From NCBI GenBank assembly GCA_963801355.1, contig CAWDEM010000004.1, positions 544,001-608,000 on the forward strand: 64,000 nt of DNA, given 5' to 3'. This stretch comes from Ignavibacteriota bacterium. GTDB lineage: Bacteria; Bacteroidota; Ignavibacteria; UBA10030; UBA6906. Both the position numbers and the translations under genes were made by a program. Under the pieces are notes generated by a model. It had not been told where the DNA came from. It did no database searches and was given only the letters and a program-made list of their open reading frames with translations. Below are positions 40,143 through 49,179 of the stretch, piece after piece (position 1 is the stretch's first letter; each line of letters starts with the position of its first letter).

Positions 40143-41132
40143 ATGGCATTCGACATTAAAGCCATCAATGAGAAAATACAGCGTGAAAGCGCATTTGTCG
40201 ATACGCTTCAGACCGAGATCGGCAAAGTCATTGTCGGCCAGAAACATATGGTCGAACGCCTCCTCGTCGGACTCCTCTCAAACGGGCACATTCTGCTCGA
40301 AGGGGTGCCAGGCCTGGCAAAGACGTTAAGCGTGAAGACGCTCGCCGCAGCGATTCAGGCGAAATTCCAGCGGATCCAGTTCACCCCTGACCTTTTGCCC
40401 GCGGATCTCATTGGTACGCTTGTCTACAACCAGAAGGACGGGTCATTTCAGACCAAGAAAGGGCCTATTTTCGCCAACTTCATTCTTGCCGACGAAATTA
40501 ACCGCTCCCCTGCGAAAGTGCAGAGCGCCCTGCTCGAGGCAATGCAGGAGCGACAGGTGACCATCGGTGAGCACACGTTCAAGCTTCCCGAACCGTTCCT
40601 TGTTCTTGCCACCCAGAATCCCATCGAGCAGGAAGGGACATACCCGCTGCCCGAGGCGCAGGTCGATCGTTTCATGTTGAAGGTGAAGATCGGTTACCCC
40701 ACCAAGGAGGAAGAGCTGCAGATTATGCGTGCCAACGTGAACGGGCCCCTCGCAATTCCGGGTCCGGTTGTGAGCCCGGAAGACATTCTGAATGCACGGA
40801 GTGTGGTGGGCGAGATCTATATGGATGAGAAGATTGAGAGGTACATCCTTGATATCGTTTTTGCCACGCGCAACCCGAAGCAGTATAATCTGCCCAACAT
40901 GGCGCAGCTCATCAGCTACGGCGCATCACCGCGTGCATCGATCAATCTGGCCCTCGGTGCAAAGGCGTATGCCTTTATCAAACGGCGCGGTTACGTCATC
41001 CCGGAGGACGTGCGCTCGATCTGCCTCGACGTGATGCGCCACCGCGTAGCTGTGACCTATGAAGCCGAGGCAGAGGAAGTGACCTCGGAGCAGGTGGTGC
41101 AGGAGATCCTGAACAAGATTGAAGTCCCATGA
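40143..41132 (+). CDS. moxR: MoxR family AAA+ ATPase
   Basis: GVPGLAKT, RIQFTPDLLPAD, ADEINR, ATQNPIEQEGTYPLPEAQVDRF; GGAGG RBS. Confidence 0.95.
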   Translation: MAFDIKAINEKIQRESAFVDTLQTEIGKVIVGQKHMVERLLVGLLSNGHILLEGVPGLAKTLSVKTLAAAIQAKFQRIQFTPDLLPADLIGTLVYNQKDGSFQTKKGPIFANFILADEINRSPAKVQSALLEAMQERQVTIGEHTFKLPEPFLVLATQNPIEQEGTYPLPEAQVDRFMLKVKIGYPTKEEELQIMRANVNGPLAIPGPVVSPEDILNARSVVGEIYMDEKIERYILDIVFATRNPKQYNLPNMAQLISYGASPRASINLALGAKAYAFIKRRGYVIPEDVRSICLDVMRHRVAVTYEAEAEEVTSEQVVQEILNKIEVP

Positions 41133-41158
41133 AACCCGGTGCCAAGGTGCAATGACGC

Positions 41159-42034
41159 ATGGACACCCGCGAGCTTCTCAAAAAAGTCCGTCAGATTGAG
41201 ATCAAAACCCGCGGCCTGGTCAACCAGGTCTTCTCCGGGGAATACCACTCGGTCTTCAAAGGCCGCGGGATGGAATTCTCCGAGGTGCGCGAATATCAGT
41301 ACGGCGACGATATTCGCAGCATCGACTGGAACGTCTCGGCACGGTTCAACCATCCGTTCGTCAAGATCTTCGAAGAAGAGCGCGAGCTGACGGTCATGCT
41401 GGTCGTAGATTTCAGCCGTTCCGGCGACTTCGGCACCGTGCGCGCCACGAAGAACGACATCGCGACGGAGATCTGTGCGGTCCTTGCATTTTCCGCCATC
41501 AAGAACAATGACAAGGTCGGCTTGATTCTGTTTACGGATCACGTCGAGATGTTTGTGCCTCCGAAGAAAGGGCGGGCGCACATATTGCGCATCATCCGCG
41601 AACTGCTATCGTTCCAGCCGAGCGGGACAAAGACGAACATCCGCGGCGCGCTCGAATATTTCAACCACGTGCACAAGAAGCGGACCATCGCATTCCTGAT
41701 CTCTGATTTCCTGGATGAGGGGTATGATCAGATCCTCAGGATCATCAGCCGCAAGCACGATGTCATTGCGGTGGAACTGTCCGACCCCCGTGAAGAAGTG
41801 CTGCCGGAAGCCGGTCTCGTCAACCTGCGCGATGCTGAAACCGGCAGGGAGCGGTGGATCGACACCGGCGACCGTCATGTGCGCGCATCATTTCTCACGT
41901 ACTGGCAGCAACGCAGGGCGAATCGCAGGTCGTTGTTCATGCGCAGCAAGGTTGATGCCATTCCGATCCGGATCGACCGGCCCTACATTAAACCGATCGT
42001 TGATTTCTTCAAACTGAGGGAGCGCAGGCTGTGA
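41159..42034 (+). CDS. DUF58 protein (MoxR-associated, vWA-like)
   Basis: FKGRGMEFSEVREYQYGDDIRSIDWNVSAR; LISDF. Confidence 0.93.
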   Translation: MDTRELLKKVRQIEIKTRGLVNQVFSGEYHSVFKGRGMEFSEVREYQYGDDIRSIDWNVSARFNHPFVKIFEEERELTVMLVVDFSRSGDFGTVRATKNDIATEICAVLAFSAIKNNDKVGLILFTDHVEMFVPPKKGRAHILRIIRELLSFQPSGTKTNIRGALEYFNHVHKKRTIAFLISDFLDEGYDQILRIISRKHDVIAVELSDPREEVLPEAGLVNLRDAETGRERWIDTGDRHVRASFLTYWQQRRANRRSLFMRSKVDAIPIRIDRPYIKPIVDFFKLRERRL

Positions 42035-43002
42035 CGGCACGGACTGCAGGAGTGGTGATATTCAGTACGGTGGTCGTCGCGCTTTCGCAGCACGAAGTGC
42101 CGGCTCAGCAGGTGTCTGCCCGGGCGCGTGCGGATTCCACCTCGTATACCGTCGGCGACAGAATCCGTGTCAGCGTTGACCTGCGTCACCCCGCGGGGCT
42201 CATGATCCAGCCGATGGTCGGCGATACCGTCGAAGGGTTCACGGTTCTCGGGCGGAGCGGCCTCAAAGCGACGACGGACTCCACCAGCGCCATGGAGTTT
42301 GTTCTGGCCCGGTACGATTCGGGAGATGCGGTGATTCCTCCCTTGCCGTTCCTGTACTTTATGCCGAATGACACCGCCTCGCACGTGGCATTGACGAATC
42401 AGCTGCTCGTCACAGTCCACACCGTCCCCCAGGACACCAGTGCGAGCTTTCGGGATATCAAGCCGCCGATCGACATTCCGATGTCGTGGAAAGAACTTGC
42501 GCTGTACGCGGCGATGGCTCTGGCCGCGGCGGGCCTCGGTTACCTGGGCTACCGGTGGTGGAAGAAACGGAAGCGGAAGCTCGCGGGAGAAGTGTACGTG
42601 CCGCCACCCCGGCCTGCGCATCTGATTGCGCTCGAAGCACTGGGAGACCTGAAGGCCAAGAAACTCTGGCAGCAGGGGCTGGTGAAGGAGTACTATTCGG
42701 AACTTACGGAAATCTTCAGGCGGTATTTCGAACAACGGTATAACGTTCCATCGCTCGAGGAAACCACCGACGAAACCCTTGCGGGTCTCCGCTCGGCGCA
42801 GGTCGGGAACGGCTTCCTGGAACCGGCGGGAGTCATCTTGCGCCGCGCGGACCTCGTCAAGTTTGCCAAGTACCATCCGACGGTGACGGACCATGAAGAC
42901 TCCTTCCGGGGGGTCATCGCGTTTGTCGAGAAGACCAAAGTGCAGGCGATGACGCCCGTGGCCGGCGGCAGCGGAAAGGGGAAGGGCGATGTGGAATCCT
43001 AA
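42031..43002 (+). CDS. bat-operon membrane-anchored protein (Ig-like periplasmic domain, TM, helical C-terminus)
   Basis: GTG start overlapping DUF58 stop; DIKPP, TM, KEYYSELTEIFRRY, ADLVKFAK. Confidence 0.85.
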   Translation: MTARTAGVVIFSTVVVALSQHEVPAQQVSARARADSTSYTVGDRIRVSVDLRHPAGLMIQPMVGDTVEGFTVLGRSGLKATTDSTSAMEFVLARYDSGDAVIPPLPFLYFMPNDTASHVALTNQLLVTVHTVPQDTSASFRDIKPPIDIPMSWKELALYAAMALAAAGLGYLGYRWWKKRKRKLAGEVYVPPPRPAHLIALEALGDLKAKKLWQQGLVKEYYSELTEIFRRYFEQRYNVPSLEETTDETLAGLRSAQVGNGFLEPAGVILRRADLVKFAKYHPTVTDHEDSFRGVIAFVEKTKVQAMTPVAGGSGKGKGDVES

Positions 43003-43987
43003 CACCGTCTTTGCCAATCCCCTGGTTCTGTGGGGATTGCTGCTGATCCCGCTGCTGGCATATTGGTACATCTGGAAGCATCGTGCCATGAGCAGCGACG
43101 TCCGCTACTCGACGCTGGAGGCTTTCGCGGGTACGAGGCCGACGCTGCGGGAGCGGCTGCGCCATGCCCCGGCGATACTCCGGTTGCTGATTCTCGCTGT
43201 ACTGATCGTTGCCCTTGCCCGGCCACAGTTGTCCTCGCAGAGCGAAAATGTCTACACGGAGGGCATCGACATCGCGCTTCTGCTCGATATCAGCGGAAGT
43301 ATGCTCGCCGAGGATTTTCAGCCGAACCGGATTCAGGCGGCAAAGGATGTTGCCCAGCGCTTTGTCGAAGGGCGCGCGAATGACAGGATCGGCCTGGTGA
43401 TCTTTGCCGGCCAGAGCTTCACGCAGTGTCCGATGACGCTCGACTATCGTGTACTCCGCTCCCTGTTGAAGCAGGTGAAGCCGGGCATGGTGGAAGACGG
43501 GACAGCGATCGGCATGGCGATTGCCCAGGGGGTCAACCGGCTGAAGGACAGCAAGGCGAAGAGTAAAGTCATGATCCTTCTTACCGACGGCGTGAACAAT
43601 CGCGGCGAAGTGGATCCCCTCACCGCGGCAAACATCGCGCAGACCTTCGGGATCCGGATTTATACCGTGGGTGTCGGTACCGTGGGAGAAGCGCCTTACC
43701 CGGTGCAAACGCCCTTCGGCATACGCTATCAGAATATCCCCGTGGATGTCGATGAAAAGACGCTGAAGTCCATTGCGAGCGTTACCGGGGGGAATTTCTA
43801 CCGGGCAACGAACAATCGCACGCTCAGAGAAATTTACTCGGAAATCGACAAGCTGGAGAAAACGCGCATCGAGGTCAAGTCGTACCGTTCCTACACGGAC
43901 ACGTTCGGGCCGTGGGCGTGGGCCGGCCTGATCGGAGTGTTGCTGGAAATGGGTCTGTCGGGTTTGGTTTTACGAAAGTTGCCCTGA
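42989..43987 (+). CDS. batA: BatA vWA-domain membrane protein
   Basis: ALARPQ, DISGSM MIDAS, GTAIG, LLTDG. Confidence 0.9.
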   Translation: MWNPNTVFANPLVLWGLLLIPLLAYWYIWKHRAMSSDVRYSTLEAFAGTRPTLRERLRHAPAILRLLILAVLIVALARPQLSSQSENVYTEGIDIALLLDISGSMLAEDFQPNRIQAAKDVAQRFVEGRANDRIGLVIFAGQSFTQCPMTLDYRVLRSLLKQVKPGMVEDGTAIGMAIAQGVNRLKDSKAKSKVMILLTDGVNNRGEVDPLTAANIAQTFGIRIYTVGVGTVGEAPYPVQTPFGIRYQNIPVDVDEKTLKSIASVTGGNFYRATNNRTLREIYSEIDKLEKTRIEVKSYRSYTDTFGPWAWAGLIGVLLEMGLSGLVLRKLP

Positions 43988-45040
43988 ATGATACGCTTTC
44001 TGCACGAAGAATATCTCTGGATGCTGGCCATCCTGCCGCTCCTGGCAGTGCTGGCATTTGTGGTGTACGGCGCCCGCCGCCGTGCCATGAAAACGTTCAG
44101 CACGCCGGAGATGATGCGCCGGCTGGCGCCCGAAGCGAGCCGCTTCAAGAGACCCGTGAAGTTCTTCCTGCTCCTGGTGGCCGTAGCATTGATCATCCTG
44201 GCTCTTGCCAATCTGCAGATCGGCACGCGGCTCGAGGAGGTGAAGCAGGAGGGCGTGGATATTTTCATCGCCATGGATGTATCACTCAGCATGAAGGCGG
44301 AAGATATCAAGCCCAACCGTCTTGAAAAAGCCAAACTGGAAATCCGGAATCTCATTGACCGGCTCGGCGGAGACCGCATCGGGCTCGTGGTCTTTGCCGG
44401 CGAAGCGTATACGCAGTTCCCGCTGACCACCGACTACAGTGCCGCAAACCTGTTTCTGGATGTTCTGGACGTCGATGCCGTGGGACTTCCAGGGACGGCG
44501 ATCGGTCTGGCCATCCGCCGCGCCGTGGACTCGTTCGATTTCACTGAAGCGACGACGAAGGTGATCGTGATCATTACCGATGGGGAGAATACCGAAGGCG
44601 AAGTGATGGACGCTGCGAAGGAAGCGGCCGGCAAAGGGATTTTGATCTACACCATCGGCATGGGCTCTCCCGGCGGGGCGCCCATTCCCGTGTACGGCAG
44701 CTCCGGGCAGCAGACGGACTTCAAACGCGACCGGGTAGGCTCGGTCGTGGTCTCCAGGCTGGACGAAGTCACGCTCGAGAAGCTTGCAGCCATCGGCAGC
44801 GGCAAGTATTTCCGGGCCACGTCCTCGCAGGACGAATTGGACGGCATCTACAAGGACGTGAGCGCGTTACAGAAAAAGGAATTCGGCGTCAAACAGTTCA
44901 CCGATTACGAGAGCCGGTTTCAATGGTTCATTGCTGCCGCACTGGTGCTTCTCCTGATGGAGTTCCTGCTCTCGGAAAAAATCAATCGGCGGTTCTCACT
45001 CGGACGGTTCTTGCGGAAGGAGGAGGTGGCGGGCGAATGA
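43988..45040 (+). CDS. batB: BatB vWA-domain membrane protein
   Basis: DVSLSM, PNRLEKAK, PLTTDY, IITDGE. Confidence 0.9.
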   Translation: MIRFLHEEYLWMLAILPLLAVLAFVVYGARRRAMKTFSTPEMMRRLAPEASRFKRPVKFFLLLVAVALIILALANLQIGTRLEEVKQEGVDIFIAMDVSLSMKAEDIKPNRLEKAKLEIRNLIDRLGGDRIGLVVFAGEAYTQFPLTTDYSAANLFLDVLDVDAVGLPGTAIGLAIRRAVDSFDFTEATTKVIVIITDGENTEGEVMDAAKEAAGKGILIYTIGMGSPGGAPIPVYGSSGQQTDFKRDRVGSVVVSRLDEVTLEKLAAIGSGKYFRATSSQDELDGIYKDVSALQKKEFGVKQFTDYESRFQWFIAAALVLLLMEFLLSEKINRRFSLGRFLRKEEVAGE

Positions 45041-45768
45041 AGATCGTGATCCATGGTCTCTGGAGCATCACGGTGGTGCTCCTCTGTTGCACGACAGCCC
45101 CGGCCCAGTCGGTGCGTTCGCTTGTGAACGAGGGTAACAATCTCTACAAGGAACGGAAGTTTACGGATGCCGAGGTCAACTATCGCAAGGCGCTGGAGAA
45201 AGAGAAGGGCCAGGCGTTCGCGACCTATGATCTCGGCAATTCGCTCTACAAGCAGAACAAGCCGGCGGAAGCGGCAAAGGAGTACGAGAATGTTCTGCGC
45301 GCGACCGACGATACGCGGACGCAGTCGCACGCGTATTACAATATCGGCAACGCATTTGCGCAGGGACAGGACTACCAGAACGCCATCAAGGGGTACATTA
45401 ATGCTCTGAAACTGAATCCCGATGACGCCGATGCGAAGTACAATCTCTCGTATGCACTCAGGATGCTCAAGCAGCAGCAACAACAGCAAAACAAGAACAG
45501 CGACAAGAACCAGGATCAGAAAAACAAGCAGGATCAGAAGAACAAAGATCAGAACAACCAACAGCAGCAGCAACAGCAGCAACAGCAACAGAATCAGAAA
45601 CAACAGAAACAGGATCAGCAACAGCAACAACAGCGGCAACAGGAGCGACAGATCTCCAAAGCGGAGGCGGAGCGCATTCTTGCCGTCCTGGAGAACAACG
45701 AGCGGGATGTGCAGAAGAAATTGCGGTCCCGGGCTGCCGTCAGACCGCGCAGTGAAAAGGACTGGTGA
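45037..45768 (+). CDS. batC: BatC TPR protein with Gln/Asn/Lys-rich linker
   Basis: GNNLYKERKFTDAEVNY, AYYNIGN, AKYNL, poly-Q tract, C-terminal EKDW. Confidence 0.9.
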   Translation: MKIVIHGLWSITVVLLCCTTAPAQSVRSLVNEGNNLYKERKFTDAEVNYRKALEKEKGQAFATYDLGNSLYKQNKPAEAAKEYENVLRATDDTRTQSHAYYNIGNAFAQGQDYQNAIKGYINALKLNPDDADAKYNLSYALRMLKQQQQQQNKNSDKNQDQKNKQDQKNKDQNNQQQQQQQQQQQNQKQQKQDQQQQQQRQQERQISKAEAERILAVLENNERDVQKKLRSRAAVRPRSEKDW

Positions 45769-45769
45769 T

Positions 45770-47608
45770 ATGAACTTCGCGCGAGTTCCCGGCGTGTCGG
45801 TCCTTGTGATCCTGATGGTCACACTGGCAACCGGGCAGACGACCTTCGAAGCCACCGTCGACAGAAGCCAGGTAGGGGTGGGAGAACAGTTTACGCTTGC
45901 GTTCACTCTCACCGGCAGTGCTCTGGGCGGCGGGAAGAATCTTCGCTTGCCCGACCTCAACAAGTTTCACATCATGTCCGGGCCGAATCAATCGTCGAGC
46001 ATGCAAATTATCAACGGATCGGTCTCCTCGACCGTGAGTTACACGTATGTTCTGCAACCGAAAGAAATCGGGAAATTCGTCGTCGGCGCGGCGTCCATCG
46101 AGGCCGGGGGGGCAGTGCTGCAGTCCCAACCCATTGCGGTGGAAGTGGTGAAGGCATCTCCCAAACCGAAGCAACAGGCGGGCGGTCAGGACCAGACCGT
46201 GCAACTTGGTGACAACCTGTTCCTCCGGGCCGCAGTCGACCGCACACACGTGCTCCAGGGAGAACAAATCAATCTGGTGTTCCGCCTCTACACGCGGGTG
46301 TCGGTGTCGAACTACGGGATCACGAAGAATCCGACGATGACCGGGTTCTGGGGAGAAGACACGGACACGCCCAAAAACATTGCGCTCACGAACGAAACCG
46401 TGAATGGCAAAAGCTATCGTGTAGGTGTGGTCAAACGCGTGGCGCTGTTTCCCACACAGGCGGGTGCGCTGGAGGTCGGGCCGATGGAAATTCAAACCAC
46501 CGTGCAACTTCCCTATGCCCGATCGAACGATCCTTTTGATGCATTCTTCCGGGATCCGTTCGGCAGGAGCGCGACCTACACCGTTGCCAGCGATCCCATC
46601 AAGATCAGAGTAGATCCGCTGCCCCCGGGCGCGCCGCCCGACTTCAAGGGTGCAGTGGGGCAGTTAGCCATGAGCACGTCCGTCGACAAGAAGACGACGC
46701 GGACGAACGAACCCGTATCCATCAAAGTGACTCTTTCCGGCACGGGGAACATCAAGCTGCTTGATGGGCCCACCGTCCAGCTGCCGCCGGACTTTGAACA
46801 GTACAGCCCGAAAGTTTCCGAGAATATCAGTCGCTCACAGTCCCGTATCAGTGGAAGCAAGACATTCGAATATCTGGTCATCCCGCGCTATCCCGGTCTG
46901 AAGGTGATCAAGCCGATCGTCCTGTCATATTTTGACATCGGGAAGCGGGAGTACGTGCGGTTGAGATCCCCCCAAATCGAGCTGAATGTTGAACAGGGCA
47001 CAGCGGCGCCGCCGACGATGTCCGGCGTGACCCGGGAAGACGTGCGCTTGCTGAACCAGGACATCCGGTACATCAAAGTCACCGGCACACGGTTCCAGCG
47101 TGCAGGTGAGCGTCCATTTTCCAGTACGCCTTTTCTTCTGGCCCTGTTCCTTCCCTTCGCAGGAGTTGCCGGTGCGTTTGTGTACGCGCGGCGGAAGCAT
47201 ATCGTCATGCTTGATCAGGCCGGTTATCGCAACCGGAAAGCAATGAAGGTGGCGCAGAAGGGGCTCAAGGAAGCGGAGTACCTGCTGAAGGAAAAATCCG
47301 GTCAGCAAAGCACACCTTCCTCCAAGCAACGCCTCCGTTTCTATTCGGAGGTGTCACGGGCTCTCTGGAAGTATCTCGGTGACAAACTCGGTATCCCGCA
47401 GGCGGAGTATTCAGTCGAGGGGGCGGTCGCAGAGCTGGCCCGTCGGGGTGTCCCGCCGGAGCGTGCGGCATCATTGCGCACAGTGCTGGAATCGTGCGAC
47501 ATGGCGCGTTTCGCGCCGACCAGTCTTGAACTTGGTGCGATGCAGCGCATCTTCGACGAAGCACAGCGGATTATTGTAGAACTAGAACGCACTCTGAAGG
47601 CGCGATGA
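45770..47608 (+). CDS. batD: BatD Ig-fold protein
   Basis: SSSMQIING, ALFPTQAG, FKGAVGQ, GTGNIK, RFAP; operon position. Confidence 0.9.
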   Translation: MNFARVPGVSVLVILMVTLATGQTTFEATVDRSQVGVGEQFTLAFTLTGSALGGGKNLRLPDLNKFHIMSGPNQSSSMQIINGSVSSTVSYTYVLQPKEIGKFVVGAASIEAGGAVLQSQPIAVEVVKASPKPKQQAGGQDQTVQLGDNLFLRAAVDRTHVLQGEQINLVFRLYTRVSVSNYGITKNPTMTGFWGEDTDTPKNIALTNETVNGKSYRVGVVKRVALFPTQAGALEVGPMEIQTTVQLPYARSNDPFDAFFRDPFGRSATYTVASDPIKIRVDPLPPGAPPDFKGAVGQLAMSTSVDKKTTRTNEPVSIKVTLSGTGNIKLLDGPTVQLPPDFEQYSPKVSENISRSQSRISGSKTFEYLVIPRYPGLKVIKPIVLSYFDIGKREYVRLRSPQIELNVEQGTAAPPTMSGVTREDVRLLNQDIRYIKVTGTRFQRAGERPFSSTPFLLALFLPFAGVAGAFVYARRKHIVMLDQAGYRNRKAMKVAQKGLKEAEYLLKEKSGQQSTPSSKQRLRFYSEVSRALWKYLGDKLGIPQAEYSVEGAVAELARRGVPPERAASLRTVLESCDMARFAPTSLELGAMQRIFDEAQRIIVELERTLKAR

Positions 47609-48366
47609 TGCGACGAGGACTCTCTACGGCGATACCGGTGCTTCTGGCGGTCTTGTGTGCCGGCGCGCAGACTCCGGAACAACTCTTCCAGCAGGGCAAC
47701 AGCTACTATCAGCAAAGCAATTTCAATGCAGCAATTGAACGCTACGAGTCAGTCCTCAAAACCGGTCTAACTAGCGGAGAGCTCTACTTCAATCTGGGGA
47801 ATGCGTACTACAAACAGGGGGACATGGGTCACGCCATCCTCTGCTATGAGCGCGCGATGCGTCTGCTGCCGATGGATGACGACCTGCGGCACAATCTTCA
47901 GCTGGCAAATCTGCAGATCGTGGACAGGATCGAGGAAACACCCCGCCTGTTCATCTGGGACACGTGGGATAGCATCAAGGGGTGGTTTTCGCTGGCCGGA
48001 ATCACCTGGACCTCATACGTGCTGCTGCTCCTGGCCGCAGGTGCATTGGTGATGGTCATCCTGGCGAGGAGCTATGCTCTGCGCAAGGTAGGAATCATCG
48101 CGACTCTTGTTCTCGGTGTGTTCCTTGTCGCCTCCGCCGTGATTCTCTTCAACAAAGCGAGAGAGGCGGACAGGACCGATGAAGCGATCGTCCTCGCGCC
48201 GATCACGACAGTAAAGAACTCCCCGGACGCGAAGAGCAGCGATGCTTTTGTACTTCACGCGGGTGTCAAAGTCCGGATCACCGACAGCGTCAATGAATGG
48301 GTGAAGATCCGGCTCGCCGACGGCAAAGTGGGGTGGATGGAGCGCAATGCAGCGGAACAGATTTGA
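47605..48366 (+). CDS. batE: BatE TPR + SH3b protein
   Basis: LYFNLGNAYYK, AILCYERA, FVLHAGVKV, KIRLADGKVGW. Confidence 0.9.
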   Translation: MMRRGLSTAIPVLLAVLCAGAQTPEQLFQQGNSYYQQSNFNAAIERYESVLKTGLTSGELYFNLGNAYYKQGDMGHAILCYERAMRLLPMDDDLRHNLQLANLQIVDRIEETPRLFIWDTWDSIKGWFSLAGITWTSYVLLLLAAGALVMVILARSYALRKVGIIATLVLGVFLVASAVILFNKAREADRTDEAIVLAPITTVKNSPDAKSSDAFVLHAGVKVRITDSVNEWVKIRLADGKVGWMERNAAEQI

Positions 48367-48391
48367 CGCCGGATGTACCGCGGCGAAGAAG

Positions 48392-49117
48392 TCACCTCCG
48401 CATCCTCCACTCCCTGCAGGCGTATTTCTCTCGTGCCAGGGTGGCGAGGCGTTCTTCAAAGGGAGCTGTATAGGGCGTGTGGGCGCGCCAGGCGGTTTGC
48501 AGCGCCGCCGTGACAGCCGCGGGATTGACCTGGAGATTCGCCAGGAATTCCCGGTGCGGCCGATGCATCCGATAACCGGGTTGGGCTGAGGGGAACGGAA
48601 GCAGCCGTTCGATTTCGGGGATATTGGCATGGAGCAACAGTGTTCCGTGAAACAGCAGCGATCGGGACGTCCGCCGCTGCGCATTTCCGGCGACCTTCCG
48701 TACTCCCACGCACAGATCAGTGTGCCCGCGCGGCACGACCGGTTCGGGCACCAGTCTGCTCAGCGCCGCTGCAAGTCGTGCGAGTATGAACCGGTGTGTT
48801 CCGCCGATCGTCGAAAGGTCGGGGTGGCTCTCCTGCCGCATCACAAGCGCATAGTTCAGGCATCCGGGCATCTGAACTATTGTGCCTCCACCGGTTGTTC
48901 TCCTATAGACAGGGATCTGTTCGGCCGCGCACTCTGCCAGGTTGACCTCCCGGGCCGCTTCATTGGTGTACCCCAGGACGACATACCGGCACCCGGGTTG
49001 CCACACCCGCAACACTTCACCATCGGTGCTCTCCTCACAGATGTCGAGGAGAACTTCGTCGCATGCCAGCTCTTCCTCAGGCGTTGCGAAGGTGCGGTCA
49101 AAGTACCGCATATACAT
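48392..49117 (-). CDS. Lipoate-protein ligase A family protein (catalytic domain only)
   Basis: LACDEVLL, RRTTGGGTI, RKVAGNAQ, HGTLL; divergent from the PDH operon. Confidence 0.88.
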   Translation of the reverse strand: MYMRYFDRTFATPEEELACDEVLLDICEESTDGEVLRVWQPGCRYVVLGYTNEAAREVNLAECAAEQIPVYRRTTGGGTIVQMPGCLNYALVMRQESHPDLSTIGGTHRFILARLAAALSRLVPEPVVPRGHTDLCVGVRKVAGNAQRRTSRSLLFHGTLLLHANIPEIERLLPFPSAQPGYRMHRPHREFLANLQVNPAAVTAALQTAWRAHTPYTAPFEERLATLAREKYACREWRMRR

Positions 49118-49179
49118 TCCTCCGGAAGTCCTGAGTGGAGCGGATGCTGTTCATCATGACTACTGACAGGTGAGACATC

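Noticed and set aside
45470-45650. CAG/CAA-rich repeat tract
   Set aside because: In-frame Gln-rich linker typical of BatC; not CRISPR or a mobile repeat.
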